This document shows, piece by piece, positions 19,210-28,695 of a DNA stretch of 64,000 nt; position 1 is the first letter of the stretch, and each line of letters starts with the position of its first letter. Below the pieces are notes generated by a model. The model saw nothing but the letters and a program-made list of their open reading frames with translations, was not told the origin of the DNA and made no database searches. Origin of the DNA: Flavobacterium sp. (GTDB taxonomy: Bacteria; Bacteroidota; Bacteroidia; Flavobacteriales; Flavobacteriaceae). Location of the stretch: assembly GCF_027482425.1 (NCBI RefSeq), contig NZ_JAIXWA010000022.1:3111-67110 (forward strand), given 5' to 3'. Both the position numbers and the translations under genes were made by a program.

Positions 19210-19478
19210 GCTTTTTAATTTTTTTAGAGTTGAACAAAAATACAGTTTAAGGCGTATAAGCGGTACGAAGGTAAAAAAAGTAATGATTTCTTCATAGAAC
19301 ACTTGGATAAACAACCGAATAAATCGCTGATTTACATTGGATTTATCAAAAAGTAAAATTAATCGAGTTTTTATACCCTACAGCGATTTTTTTTGAGTTC
19401 GCCCAGCATCCCCAGTACTTTTGTACCGTTAAACCCTAGTTAAAAACCCCAACAACAGGTCTGTTGTTTATCATTGAA

Positions 19479-19850
19479 ATGAAAAAAGTACTCGTAATTG
19501 AGGATGATAAAATGATCAAAACCATTCTCAACCACTTACTGGGTAAAGAAGGATACCTGATTGATTTTGCCATGGATGGCGAAGAGGGTGCCCGAAAATT
19601 ACTCCACACCAACCCCGATGTTGTAATCACCGATATTCAATTGCCGCATGTCTCCGGAATAACGTTGGTGACGTTGAGTAAAAAATTGAACCCCAACCGA
19701 CCTGTTTTTGTGGTTTCCTCTTTGGGAAGTGAAGCTGAAATTGTGGAGGAAGCCCTTGCACAAGGCGCCAACGAAGTATTGACAAAGCCCATCGCTTTTG
19801 AAGATATCGCTGAAAAAATTAGAAACGTATTACTTTTAGAAGCGGTATAA
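19479..19850 (+). CDS. Single-domain response regulator (receiver only)
   Basis: VIEDD, VITDIQLP (phospho-Asp), VVSS and LTKP, with no output domain. Confidence 0.88.
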   Translation: MKKVLVIEDDKMIKTILNHLLGKEGYLIDFAMDGEEGARKLLHTNPDVVITDIQLPHVSGITLVTLSKKLNPNRPVFVVSSLGSEAEIVEEALAQGANEVLTKPIAFEDIAEKIRNVLLLEAV

Positions 19851-19852
19851 CT

Positions 19853-20233
19853 ATGGCACAATCACCAACAGCCCTTCCCTCCTTACATTTTCCTACGTTT
19901 GCGTTTGTATTGCTCTGTTGGTCATTTCCTTTAGGAATACTCTCTGTTTCAGTTGGGCCAATATATTGGGTGTGCTATGGAACACAGTATTATGCTTGGT
20001 CACCCCTACTTTTTTATACTTTCCAAACGTTACTCCTTTCGTTTCTTATTGGATTTCTACTACTCCTTTCTCAACGTACTACGCTCGTATTGATTAATCC
20101 TATAGAGGGTCTTTTGCAACGAGCCCTTTGGATCTTACTTACCCTACTATTTATAGTGGCTTTGGGCGGGTTAATTTTAGAGCCCGAGTTACTTCTTCGT
20201 ATGCAACACAACCTGACCTTTCCAAATAGATAA
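19853..20233 (+). CDS. Small integral membrane protein
   Basis: 126 aa with 3-4 hydrophobic segments; starts 2 nt after the receiver gene. Confidence 0.55.
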   Translation: MAQSPTALPSLHFPTFAFVLLCWSFPLGILSVSVGPIYWVCYGTQYYAWSPLLFYTFQTLLLSFLIGFLLLLSQRTTLVLINPIEGLLQRALWILLTLLFIVALGGLILEPELLLRMQHNLTFPNR

Positions 20234-20377
20234 GCTACTCGTTTTCAGTTGTTTTTTGCACAGTAAAAGACCTTCACCGTACTTTTTTCGACCGTTATCG
20301 AGTTTTTTGTCGTTATACCGATAAAATTTTATTACTGATTCCTATTACAATACATTTGATTTGTTAAAATAAAACCC

Positions 20378-21319
20378 ATGCGCGCCTACACGCTACTTTC
20401 TTTTTACCAACAAATTACAGCCACCGATTGGGGCGCTATAATCTTGCCTATTTGTGCAGGTTTGGCGGTATTGTATATGGTGTATGCGTTTTTCTTTCGC
20501 CCAAAATCAACGGCGGAGGCCCTTCCTGATCGGCCCGAATTGAATGTGGCACTAAGCAATTTCCTTTCTGCCTATTTTGCTGGAGAATGGGATGCGGTGG
20601 AATCACAAATAGAATTCGACCATTTTAAACATACGTTTTTAGACCAACCCGATGCTTGTCGCGTGGTTTTGCACAAACTTTTAGCACCGGCTTCACCCTA
20701 CCGTAACAAAGCCAATCAACCCAAATTGACGGCACTTGTCAAAGAGTGGAATTTAGATGCCTTTGTCGTGAAAGAATTATCAAGCACCAACGAATCATTG
20801 AAGCTGGAAACGTTGGAATATGCCAAAGCGATTCCCAGCCTTCAATTAAAAGATACTGTAACACAACTTGCCTTCTATAGCACAGCGGCGATGCGCATCC
20901 CCGCTTTGGTCACTTTGATTGAGTTGTGTAATTACCAACCCGAAACGTTACGCATTTACCCTCACGCTTTAACCGAAGAGGATGTGCAAAAATTGGTAGC
21001 CTTATATGGCAATCAAACCCAATGGGTCGCCGAGCAATTACCGACTTGGCTTGAGGCTACAGAACCTCAGTTTTTATGGTTTTGTTTGGCCTTGGCGCAA
21101 GAGTATAAGCTTCCGGTAGAGATGCGTACCTTGCAACAATTGGCATTTCACACACACAAGTCTCTTGGGGCCATTGCGATCCGTTTATTGGATGGATATT
21201 TGCAACCCGAATCTACAACAGGTGCTTTGCAACAATACCGAAAAAAAATGGTCTTAGAACAACCCTTGCCCGAAGCTCCCACTGCGAATGAAAATTCGTT
21301 TCAACAAGCAATCAATTAA
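20378..21319 (+). CDS. Membrane-anchored helical (HEAT-like) hypothetical protein
   Basis: An N-terminal TM helix followed by Leu-rich amphipathic helical repeats. Confidence 0.6.
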   Translation: MRAYTLLSFYQQITATDWGAIILPICAGLAVLYMVYAFFFRPKSTAEALPDRPELNVALSNFLSAYFAGEWDAVESQIEFDHFKHTFLDQPDACRVVLHKLLAPASPYRNKANQPKLTALVKEWNLDAFVVKELSSTNESLKLETLEYAKAIPSLQLKDTVTQLAFYSTAAMRIPALVTLIELCNYQPETLRIYPHALTEEDVQKLVALYGNQTQWVAEQLPTWLEATEPQFLWFCLALAQEYKLPVEMRTLQQLAFHTHKSLGAIAIRLLDGYLQPESTTGALQQYRKKMVLEQPLPEAPTANENSFQQAIN

Positions 21320-21380
21320 CAAATCTATACTATCAATTCTTTGAAAAGTTGCTATCTTTACCTGAGAGCAACTTTTTTTT

Positions 21381-21992
21381 ATGAATTTCCTCGCCCACAT
21401 TTACCTTTCTGGCGCCTCCGATTTATTGCGGATTGGAAATTTTATGGCCGACAGTGTGCGGGGATCACAATACAAAAATCTTCCCCAAGAGTTGCAAAAA
21501 GGAATTCTTTTGCACCGCTTCATAGATAGTTTTACCGATACACATCCGTTGTACCGCCAAAGCAAGCATCGACTACATGCAAAGTACGGACACTATTCGG
21601 GGGTAATTATGGATATTTTTTACGATCATTTTTTAGCAAAAAACTGGGAACGTTACTCGGCCACTTCACTCGAAGAATATGCTGCCGATTTCTATGTCTT
21701 ACTTAAAGAAAAACACAGTTGGCTCACCGAAAAAGCACAACATATGGTGCCTTACATGATAGCTCGAAACTGGTTGGTAAGTTATGCTTCATTAGAAGGC
21801 TTAGAGAAAATTTTATTTCAAATGGACCGCCGCACCCTACAACGTGTGCAAATGCATGAAGCTATAATCGAATTGAAACAGTTTTATACCGAGTTTGAAA
21901 ACGAATTTTTTGCTTTTTTCGACGAATTGGAACTCGCCTGTCGGGAAAAACGAGAAACCTTAAACCAACAATTTAACCATGCCTCCGCTTGA
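21381..21992 (+). CDS. acpH: Acyl carrier protein phosphodiesterase (AcpH family)
   Basis: MNFLAH, GNFMADSVRG, GILLHRFIDSFTD and DIFYDHFLA. Confidence 0.9.
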   Translation: MNFLAHIYLSGASDLLRIGNFMADSVRGSQYKNLPQELQKGILLHRFIDSFTDTHPLYRQSKHRLHAKYGHYSGVIMDIFYDHFLAKNWERYSATSLEEYAADFYVLLKEKHSWLTEKAQHMVPYMIARNWLVSYASLEGLEKILFQMDRRTLQRVQMHEAIIELKQFYTEFENEFFAFFDELELACREKRETLNQQFNHASA

Positions 21993-22647
21993 CGAATTGG
22001 TGCACCTATTTAAACAGTACCAAAACCCAGAAAACGCCCTATCTATGAAGGCGTATATGAAAGACCATTTTGAATTCTTAGGGATCAAAGCCACCCCACG
22101 CAGAGACTTGTTTAACCGATGGTATGAAAAAAACAAAGAATCCATTCAAAATAATTTCCGCAGCTATACAGTAGCACTTTTTGAGCAACCCTATCGGGAA
22201 TTGCACTATTGTGGGATGGAACTTTTTTATAAAGCGGTGAAAAAAAAGTACCTCCCCGAAGACATATACCTTATTGAACATTTGATTGTGACCCATTCTT
22301 GGTGGGATACAGTTGACTTTATCGCCAAATATTTGTTGGGTGGGTATTTAAAACAATTTCCCGAAGTCATACCGTCGGTAATCGAACGGATATCGGCGGC
22401 TCCATCGCTTTGGTTAAACCGCAGTGGCCTCCTTTTTCAATTGGGATACAAAACCCAAACGGATTTTGACCTGCTAAAAGCCGAATGTTTCAAACACAAA
22501 GATTCCAAAGAATTCTTTATCCAAAAAGCGATTGGTTGGGCACTGCGTGATTACAGTCGTTTCAATCCAAACGGCGTAAGTGATTTTGTAGAAAATACCG
22601 ATTTAAAACCCTTAAGCAAACGCGAAGCCTTACGAAACTTACCGTAA
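21979..22647 (+). CDS. DNA alkylation repair protein (AlkD-like)
   Basis: MKAYMKDHFEFLGIK, SWWDTVD, WLNRSG and EFFIQKAIGWALRD. Confidence 0.88.
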   Translation: MPPLDELVHLFKQYQNPENALSMKAYMKDHFEFLGIKATPRRDLFNRWYEKNKESIQNNFRSYTVALFEQPYRELHYCGMELFYKAVKKKYLPEDIYLIEHLIVTHSWWDTVDFIAKYLLGGYLKQFPEVIPSVIERISAAPSLWLNRSGLLFQLGYKTQTDFDLLKAECFKHKDSKEFFIQKAIGWALRDYSRFNPNGVSDFVENTDLKPLSKREALRNLP

Positions 22648-23196
22648 CTCCATCGCACCCAAACGGTACTGATAGGTTTGTTGTTGGTTGGCGCCAAACT
22701 GTTGGGGGAGTAATTGAAAATAGACCACCTGCGTAAGCACACATTCCCAAGTACGTTCGTTTTGTATACAATTAATCGTGAAGCCACTCTTCCAACTGCG
22801 GTAGGTTACCGTTTTGTATTTCACAAGTGCTGATACTGTTATTTGTATTGGATCGGATTGTGCCAATTTTTGAAGCAATTTCGCAATTGGAATAAGTGTT
22901 GGCGTAGGTGAAGTAAGGTCTACTACCAAGGTTTCTTCATTTACAAATAAAGCCAAACAGGCGGTTTCCATTTCGTTGCGCAACGATGGGTCGAGTCCAG
23001 GTTGTGTGAGCTGCTGCAGGTAAAAAAACAATTCTTGGATTTTTACATCCGAATTCTCTTGATAGGCTTGCAAAACCGGCGCTGCAAAAACCTGTTGCAA
23101 CGATTGTTCGTTGGTGGTTTTCATAGATTCTGTAGCGGCCTGACTCCACACCGAAGCACTCCATAGAAAAACGATACCTACTAACCATCTGCGCAT
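22639..23196 (-). CDS. Exported hypothetical protein
   Basis: Sec signal MRRWLVGIVFLWSASVWS-Q; starts 2 nt after the 23199..24122 stop. Confidence 0.7.
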   Translation of the reverse strand: MRRWLVGIVFLWSASVWSQAATESMKTTNEQSLQQVFAAPVLQAYQENSDVKIQELFFYLQQLTQPGLDPSLRNEMETACLALFVNEETLVVDLTSPTPTLIPIAKLLQKLAQSDPIQITVSALVKYKTVTYRSWKSGFTINCIQNERTWECVLTQVVYFQLLPQQFGANQQQTYQYRLGAMELR

Positions 23197-23198
23197 AG

Positions 23199-24122
23199 TT
23201 ATTCTTGTTTGATACGGATTGCTTTGAGCCTTCCGTCGGGTTCATTTTTTATATCTACAATCTCCCACCGTTTTAGTACGGGCGTGGGAATAGTAAGCTT
23301 TTGAACAAATTGGGGTTTATTGTAAAACTCCGTCCCCAATCCGTCTTTCAACATCACCATCACTTGCAACTCATCGGAAAGAATGTGTTGCAATTGTATC
23401 TTTCGTTTTTGCCAATCGGTAATATCGGCTTTCAAAAAGGCTTTCACCATCATGGCGTAATCGTCGGGTTGCAACGTTATTACGGGCGGTGTTTGAACCG
23501 AGGAACTTGGGGGAATTTGCACGATGGTATCTTTATAAAATGGACTTTTCACTAACACCTTTAGAGGCTTTTCTCTCACTTTTGCCTCAAATTGTTGTGG
23601 AGTCATCGGTTTGACCGCAGTGGTATTGGTCGCATCAAAGACTTGAACTTCTGTACTGTCCACGGTTTCTTGGGTATATTGATTTTGCAATTTTACAGGA
23701 GGCATTTTCGTTACTTTTTTTTCTGGCCAAAGATAATAGGCTACCGCCAACAGCAAGAATCCTATCCCTATTCCCCAGAAATATCCTCGTTTTGAACGAT
23801 TCGTTACTTCTTTTGAAACTACTGTTGTGTTCGTTGCGAGGGGTTCAAAAATAAATTCATCCCAACTCGACACGCCCACAAAACGACACAACACATGGAG
23901 CATGTTTTTTCGGGGCAACTTCGTATTTGTCTCGGGTTTCAAATGAGTATAAATCCACTTTTCGCTCACCGTTTCCTTGCATTCCTTTTCCAATAAAGCA
24001 ATCAGATTCAAAATATCCTGCGATGAAAAGGTTTTCCAGTCCCCTTGAAAATACGGATAATCCTGACGGTAGCGCTCAAGCACTCGTCGTTTCAATTCCT
24101 GAAAATGTTGCATTTCATTCAT
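23199..24122 (-). CDS. Putative membrane-anchored regulator: N-terminal HTH-like domain, one TM helix, periplasmic domain
   Basis: N-terminal ETVSEKWIYTHLK...LPRKNMLHVLCRFVGVSSWDEF, TM segment YFWGIGIGFLLLAVAYYLW and a C-terminal soluble region of about 170 aa. Confidence 0.65.
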   Translation of the reverse strand: MNEMQHFQELKRRVLERYRQDYPYFQGDWKTFSSQDILNLIALLEKECKETVSEKWIYTHLKPETNTKLPRKNMLHVLCRFVGVSSWDEFIFEPLATNTTVVSKEVTNRSKRGYFWGIGIGFLLLAVAYYLWPEKKVTKMPPVKLQNQYTQETVDSTEVQVFDATNTTAVKPMTPQQFEAKVREKPLKVLVKSPFYKDTIVQIPPSSSVQTPPVITLQPDDYAMMVKAFLKADITDWQKRKIQLQHILSDELQVMVMLKDGLGTEFYNKPQFVQKLTIPTPVLKRWEIVDIKNEPDGRLKAIRIKQE

Positions 24123-24167
24123 GCCGCGGTTCAAAGGTAGGAGAACAATGAAAATTGCTGTAGAAAT

Positions 24168-24211
24168 TTCACTGTAAATTCACTGTAAAAATAACCAAAT
24201 AACTTTACAGT
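24168..24211. promoter_or_regulatory. Candidate operator: tandem TTCACTGTAAA plus an inverted TTTACAGT
   Basis: 11-bp direct repeats at 24168-24178 and 24179-24189, with an inverted half-site at 24204-24211 in the divergent intergenic region. Confidence 0.5.
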
Positions 24212-24289
24212 AAAGAGAAAGTCGATTTGCTAAAGGTTGGAAATCCGGCCCACTACTTTTGGGTCATCAAATTTTAAAAATCAAATCAC

Positions 24290-25309
24290 ATGAACACAAA
24301 AGTAATTTTAGCAGCAGCCCTATGCACCACTTTATGGGCCACCGCACAACATTCAGGCAATGCGAATTATAACGAAGCATCGGGCAATGCCAACTACGAA
24401 CTTCAAAAAGGTAATGTCAATTACGGCAATAATTCGTATTCGGTCAATAGGGTCAATACCTTACAAACCACGTCGAGTACCGAAAATGAGATGGTAATAG
24501 TCATTAAAGGAATTTACAACGAAAAAGCGACCACACAAGTCGCCACCTTTAGCGTATTACAATTGGGAAAATCGGCCGAAGAAGCCACCAATTTAATGGA
24601 TGAACGCATCAACAATGTCATCAAAGAATTGGATGCGTATAGTAAAGATATTGTAGTGATGACCGACATGATTTCGTTTGTCCCCACGTATGAATATGCG
24701 GTAGAGAAAAAAATCTTCAATCCCAAAACCTACAATGAGAAACCCTCGGGCTTTGAGTTGAAAAAGAACCTCATCATTCGCTTTCGCACCAGTCGCGATA
24801 TGGATAAAATCATTTCTATTTGCGGTAAAAATGAAATTTACGATTTGGCCAAAGTCGATTATGTCACGGTCAATTTTGATCAAATTCGCGCCCAAATGCA
24901 GCGCAAAGCCTTGGAACAATTCAAAGAAATGACGGCCAACTATTCATTATTGATGAACATGGACTTGAGTAAAAAAGAAAAAATATTGCAAGAAGGTTTC
25001 AACGTGTCATACCCCATGGAAAGTTACCGCAAATACACGGCTTATGCCCAAGCTTCGGCCAATTTTGACCCAAAAAGTTCAGTAAACGATATTAAGAAAA
25101 ACAGCACCGAATACTACAATCCCGCACTCATGAAAGACCACAGTTTTGTGATCAATGGCGATATTGCCGAACCTTCTATTCAGGCTTTTTACGATTTGAC
25201 CGTTCGTATCAAACTCAAAGAAGACCAACTACCGAAAAACACCATTATTCGCAACAACCGCTATTACATTGTGACACCAGCGGGTGATATTAAATTATTG
25301 AATTTATAA
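24290..25309 (+). CDS. SIMPL (DUF541) domain exported protein
   Basis: Signal peptide and SIMPL-type layout (A-E-A--L-DERIN, GFELKKNLIIRF, IYDLAKVDY). TACTTTTG promoter motif at 24254-24261. Confidence 0.72.
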   Translation: MNTKVILAAALCTTLWATAQHSGNANYNEASGNANYELQKGNVNYGNNSYSVNRVNTLQTTSSTENEMVIVIKGIYNEKATTQVATFSVLQLGKSAEEATNLMDERINNVIKELDAYSKDIVVMTDMISFVPTYEYAVEKKIFNPKTYNEKPSGFELKKNLIIRFRTSRDMDKIISICGKNEIYDLAKVDYVTVNFDQIRAQMQRKALEQFKEMTANYSLLMNMDLSKKEKILQEGFNVSYPMESYRKYTAYAQASANFDPKSSVNDIKKNSTEYYNPALMKDHSFVINGDIAEPSIQAFYDLTVRIKLKEDQLPKNTIIRNNRYYIVTPAGDIKLLNL

Positions 25310-25315
25310 GAAGTA

Positions 25316-25822
25316 ATGATGAAAGTATTTTTTGCATGTATTCTTTTCTCCCTCCAGAGTTGGAGCCAGGCATCGGGTTCAAGCGCATTTTCCTTTACCC
25401 TATTGTTTGATTGGAAATTTCCCGTAGAAAAGATCAAAATGTATGTGTATGAGAAAAATGGTAATTACATCGAAAATGTCCATTGTATGACGGATAAAGA
25501 AACCAATTCCATCACCGTTACAGGTGGAAACCATTACATTGTAGGGGTTAAATTTCCCTCCTTGGTATGCGTTTATGAAGGGGTGGTTTATCGTAGCGAT
25601 ACGGTTCTAGAAAAAAACACACTATTTTACCTCATCACCAACGGCATGGAATCACTTTCGCTTGAGGAACCTTTGTTTTTTTCAGATAAAAATAAAATTA
25701 TCGAAGTCAAAAGAAGACTGAAAGGCGAATCATTTCAAACAGAAATCCTCAAACATGACGATTTGCAATTTCTCCCCATGTCAAGTGTCCATATTTCAAC
25801 AGAAATGGTACGATTAAACTAA
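25316..25822 (+). CDS. Exported hypothetical protein
   Basis: Signal peptide MMKVFFACILFSLQSWS-Q, 6 nt downstream of the SIMPL gene; beta-rich sequence. Confidence 0.62.
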   Translation: MMKVFFACILFSLQSWSQASGSSAFSFTLLFDWKFPVEKIKMYVYEKNGNYIENVHCMTDKETNSITVTGGNHYIVGVKFPSLVCVYEGVVYRSDTVLEKNTLFYLITNGMESLSLEEPLFFSDKNKIIEVKRRLKGESFQTEILKHDDLQFLPMSSVHISTEMVRLN

Positions 25823-25824
25823 AC

Positions 25825-25853
25825 AAAAGGGAGCTACGGTTCCCTTTTTTTTT
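25825..25853 (+). terminator. Intrinsic terminator
   Basis: AAAA-GGGAGC-TACG-GTTCCC-T9. Confidence 0.85.
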
Positions 25854-25895
25854 GTTCCCAACGAAAAAGAATACCTTTGCAGTTCAACAAAAACT

Positions 25896-27716
25896 ATGAG
25901 CAATCGGAAAACAGCCAAGGTATTGCTTTGGATACGAAAAAGAATGCGTCAATTCGAGACGGTTTTCTTTATGGCCAAAGCCGTATTATCCGAAGGGAAT
26001 TTCATCTACCTTTCGAGTGTGGCCGTAGCGATTTCTTGTGCCTTGGCGGTGATTGTTTTGAAAAACTTTGCCCACAATGTATTCTTATTTGCCAATTACG
26101 TTAACCAATACCTCAAACTCCCTTACGCCAACAGTATCTTCCCGATTATCGGAATCCTGCTGACCGTTATTGTGATTCGTAAATTCTTGGACGGTTCACT
26201 CGAAAAAGGAAGCTCACAAATTCTCTACGCCGTGGCCAAAAAAGGGGGCATTTTACCCAAAAAACAAATGTATGCTCAAATCATTACGAGTTCATTGACC
26301 GTAGGTCTGGGTGGTTCAGCCGGTTTAGAGAGTCCTATTACCATTACCGGTGCCGCCTTTGGGTCCAATTACGCCCAAAAGTACAAACTCTCGCAAAAAG
26401 ACCGCATCCTATTGTTGGCTTGTGGTGTAGCTGCCGGAATTGGTGCTGCCTTCAATGCTCCCATTGCTGGGGTATTGTTTGCCATCGAAGTGGTATTGAC
26501 CGACGTGAGTATATCGGCTTTTATCCCGATTATGATTTCAGCCGCCACAGGAGCTTTGGTATCCAATATCTTATTGAGTCAGGATATTTTGCTGAGTTTT
26601 AAAGACATCAAACCTTTTGATTACCATAACATTCCTTATTACATTCTACTCGGATTAGCTGCCGGATTTGTGTCCGTGTATCACGCGCGTAATTTTAGAC
26701 GGGTCGAACATTTTTTCAACCGCTATAACCTCAATTCGTACCGCCGTGCATTAGTAGGAGCTTTTCTTTTGGCGGTTTTGATTTTCTTTTTCCCAACATT
26801 GTTTGGAGAAGGATACGAAAGCATCAAATCCTTATCTTCTGCCCATCCCGAAGTATTGCTGGACAATACCTTATTGGAACAATTCAAATTCAGCGAATGG
26901 ATTGTACTCGGGTTCGTCGGACTCATCGTTTTTTTAAAATCAACCGCAACGGGACTTACGCTGGGTTCGGGAGGTAATGGTGGAAACTTTGCCCCATCGC
27001 TTTTCGTTGGGTCGTATTTGGGCTTTGTGGTGGCCAAAACCATGGCCCTTACAGGCATCAACCACCACTTACCGATTGCCAACTTTACCATGGTGGGAAT
27101 GGCAGGAATCTTGAGCGGTCTCTTTCATGCGCCTTTAACAGCCATCTTTTTGATTGGCGAAATTACGGGCGGTTATGATTTAATGGTTCCCTTGATGATG
27201 GTGTCGTCAATCAGTTTTGCCGTGTCCCGAAAATTTGAAAAGCATTCGATGGATGTCAAAGCCTTAGCCGACAAAGGCGAAGTGTTTACGGGCGATAAAG
27301 ACAAAAACGTACTGTTGAGTATTGACTTTTTATCCCATATCCAAACCCACACCAAAACCTTTCAATTGACCGATTCTGTAGAAGCAGTTATCGAAGCCCT
27401 CCAAACGTCCTCACAACCTGTATTTGCTGTATTGGACGATAAGAAGAAAGTTATCGGTGTACTTGACCTCAACCATTTAAAAACGATGGTATTTAATCCC
27501 TACCGCGTGAAATTTGGCAGCATCGAAGAATGGATGCAACCCCTAGAATATGTGGTCAATCATGATGACGGTATGGAGTTGATTATGGAAAAATTTGATC
27601 AATCCCAATGCCCTACGCTAATCGTTTTGAAATCAGGAAAATACTACGGCTTAGTCGACAAATGCGCCTTACTGGAAACCTACCGCAGTACGTTGAAAGG
27701 ACTGGTGATTGAGTAG
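25896..27716 (+). CDS. CLC chloride channel/transporter with C-terminal CBS domains
   Basis: GGSAGLESP, GxAAAFNAPIAGVLF, GGNFAPSLF and HAPLTAIF, plus a soluble CBS-like tail. TACCTTTG at 25872. Confidence 0.92.
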   Translation: MSNRKTAKVLLWIRKRMRQFETVFFMAKAVLSEGNFIYLSSVAVAISCALAVIVLKNFAHNVFLFANYVNQYLKLPYANSIFPIIGILLTVIVIRKFLDGSLEKGSSQILYAVAKKGGILPKKQMYAQIITSSLTVGLGGSAGLESPITITGAAFGSNYAQKYKLSQKDRILLLACGVAAGIGAAFNAPIAGVLFAIEVVLTDVSISAFIPIMISAATGALVSNILLSQDILLSFKDIKPFDYHNIPYYILLGLAAGFVSVYHARNFRRVEHFFNRYNLNSYRRALVGAFLLAVLIFFFPTLFGEGYESIKSLSSAHPEVLLDNTLLEQFKFSEWIVLGFVGLIVFLKSTATGLTLGSGGNGGNFAPSLFVGSYLGFVVAKTMALTGINHHLPIANFTMVGMAGILSGLFHAPLTAIFLIGEITGGYDLMVPLMMVSSISFAVSRKFEKHSMDVKALADKGEVFTGDKDKNVLLSIDFLSHIQTHTKTFQLTDSVEAVIEALQTSSQPVFAVLDDKKKVIGVLDLNHLKTMVFNPYRVKFGSIEEWMQPLEYVVNHDDGMELIMEKFDQSQCPTLIVLKSGKYYGLVDKCALLETYRSTLKGLVIE

Positions 27717-27717
27717 T

Positions 27718-27751
27718 TAGGAGTTATGAATTATGAGTTATGAATTATGAG
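27718..27751 (+). repeat. Heptamer tract (TTATGAG/TTATGAA)n
   Basis: Begins immediately after the clc stop. 27727-27751 is the exact reverse complement of 32627-32651. Confidence 0.88.
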
Positions 27752-27846
27752 AAGGGAAATAATGAACTCTAATCAGACTATTTAGAATTGACAATTAGCA
27801 AATTCTAAATCTCACACGTTTCTTCAAATAGTTAGCACTGCTGATC

Positions 27847-27875
27847 ACTAATTCCCCCTTTGGGGGCTAGGGGGC
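27847..27875 (+). repeat. REP-like palindromic repeat, copy 1
   Basis: ACTAATTCCCCCTTTGGGGGCTAGGGGGC, identical to 29585-29613. Confidence 0.9.
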
Positions 27876-27878
27876 TTA

Positions 27879-28400
27879 CTACTTCGTCTTCTCCCCTACA
27901 AAATAATCACTCTGACTTTTGAATAATACATTAAACGTAGTCAAACTGCCATAAATGCGGGTGATGTATTGTTGCAATTCTACTTTTTCAGCATCGTCGA
28001 GGGTACTCGCATTAATTTTTTGTTCCATGACCCGCAGGCGATCGCGTACCATGACAATTTTATGAAAAAAGGTATCGATAGGCACCTCTTTATTTTGAGT
28101 GGGCGTTCCGGGTTCCATGATTAGCTTCCCACCTTTCCATTTGTCGGCAATCGCAACCGCCGGTGTCAAGTCGCTCCAACGTTGCAACAAATTCTTCATC
28201 ACTTTCTCCACCTCATAAAAACTCACCGTATCCACTTCACCATCAATCGCTTCAATCACTTCTACGGTCGAATCTAAGTCGATGGTTTCCAAGCCGCTCT
28301 CGATAAACGTTACCCAATAATGTTTGGTCGTGACATTGGTGACTACGCCCAAACCGTGCTCGGGATGCTTGATACGGGAACCGATACCTAATAATTTCAT
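27879..28400 (-). CDS. Hypothetical cytoplasmic protein (SH3-like N-terminus, helical C-terminus)
   Basis: 173-aa ORF with an ATG start; GSRIKHPEHGLGVV N-terminus and FFHKIVMVRDRLRVMEQKIN helix. Confidence 0.8.
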   Translation of the reverse strand: MKLLGIGSRIKHPEHGLGVVTNVTTKHYWVTFIESGLETIDLDSTVEVIEAIDGEVDTVSFYEVEKVMKNLLQRWSDLTPAVAIADKWKGGKLIMEPGTPTQNKEVPIDTFFHKIVMVRDRLRVMEQKINASTLDDAEKVELQQYITRIYGSLTTFNVLFKSQSDYFVGEKTK

Positions 28401-28695
28401 GGTGTTTTGTTTTAAAAGTACAAGTCAAATATAGCGAAAAGCGTACAGTTTGGAAATCCCATTTTTTTTAATTTTCATCCCCTCACTTCAGGAATTCACA
28501 TAAAAACACCACCCTTTTAGAACAGCACAACCGTTTTTTGTAGGCCATCCAAATTTTATAATTTGGAATCACCCCAAAAAAAACAACCGCACTAACCCCG
28601 TAGTTTCGGGAGTTTAAACGAGGGTGTTTTTTATGAGTTTTATGATTGGGGGTTGGGAGGGGTTGTGTGACACGTATGGCTGTTACCAGCAGTAT

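Noticed and set aside
28660-28693. Group II intron 3' end
   Set aside because: There is no domain V consensus and no RT/maturase ORF; the segment fits a cassette boundary better.
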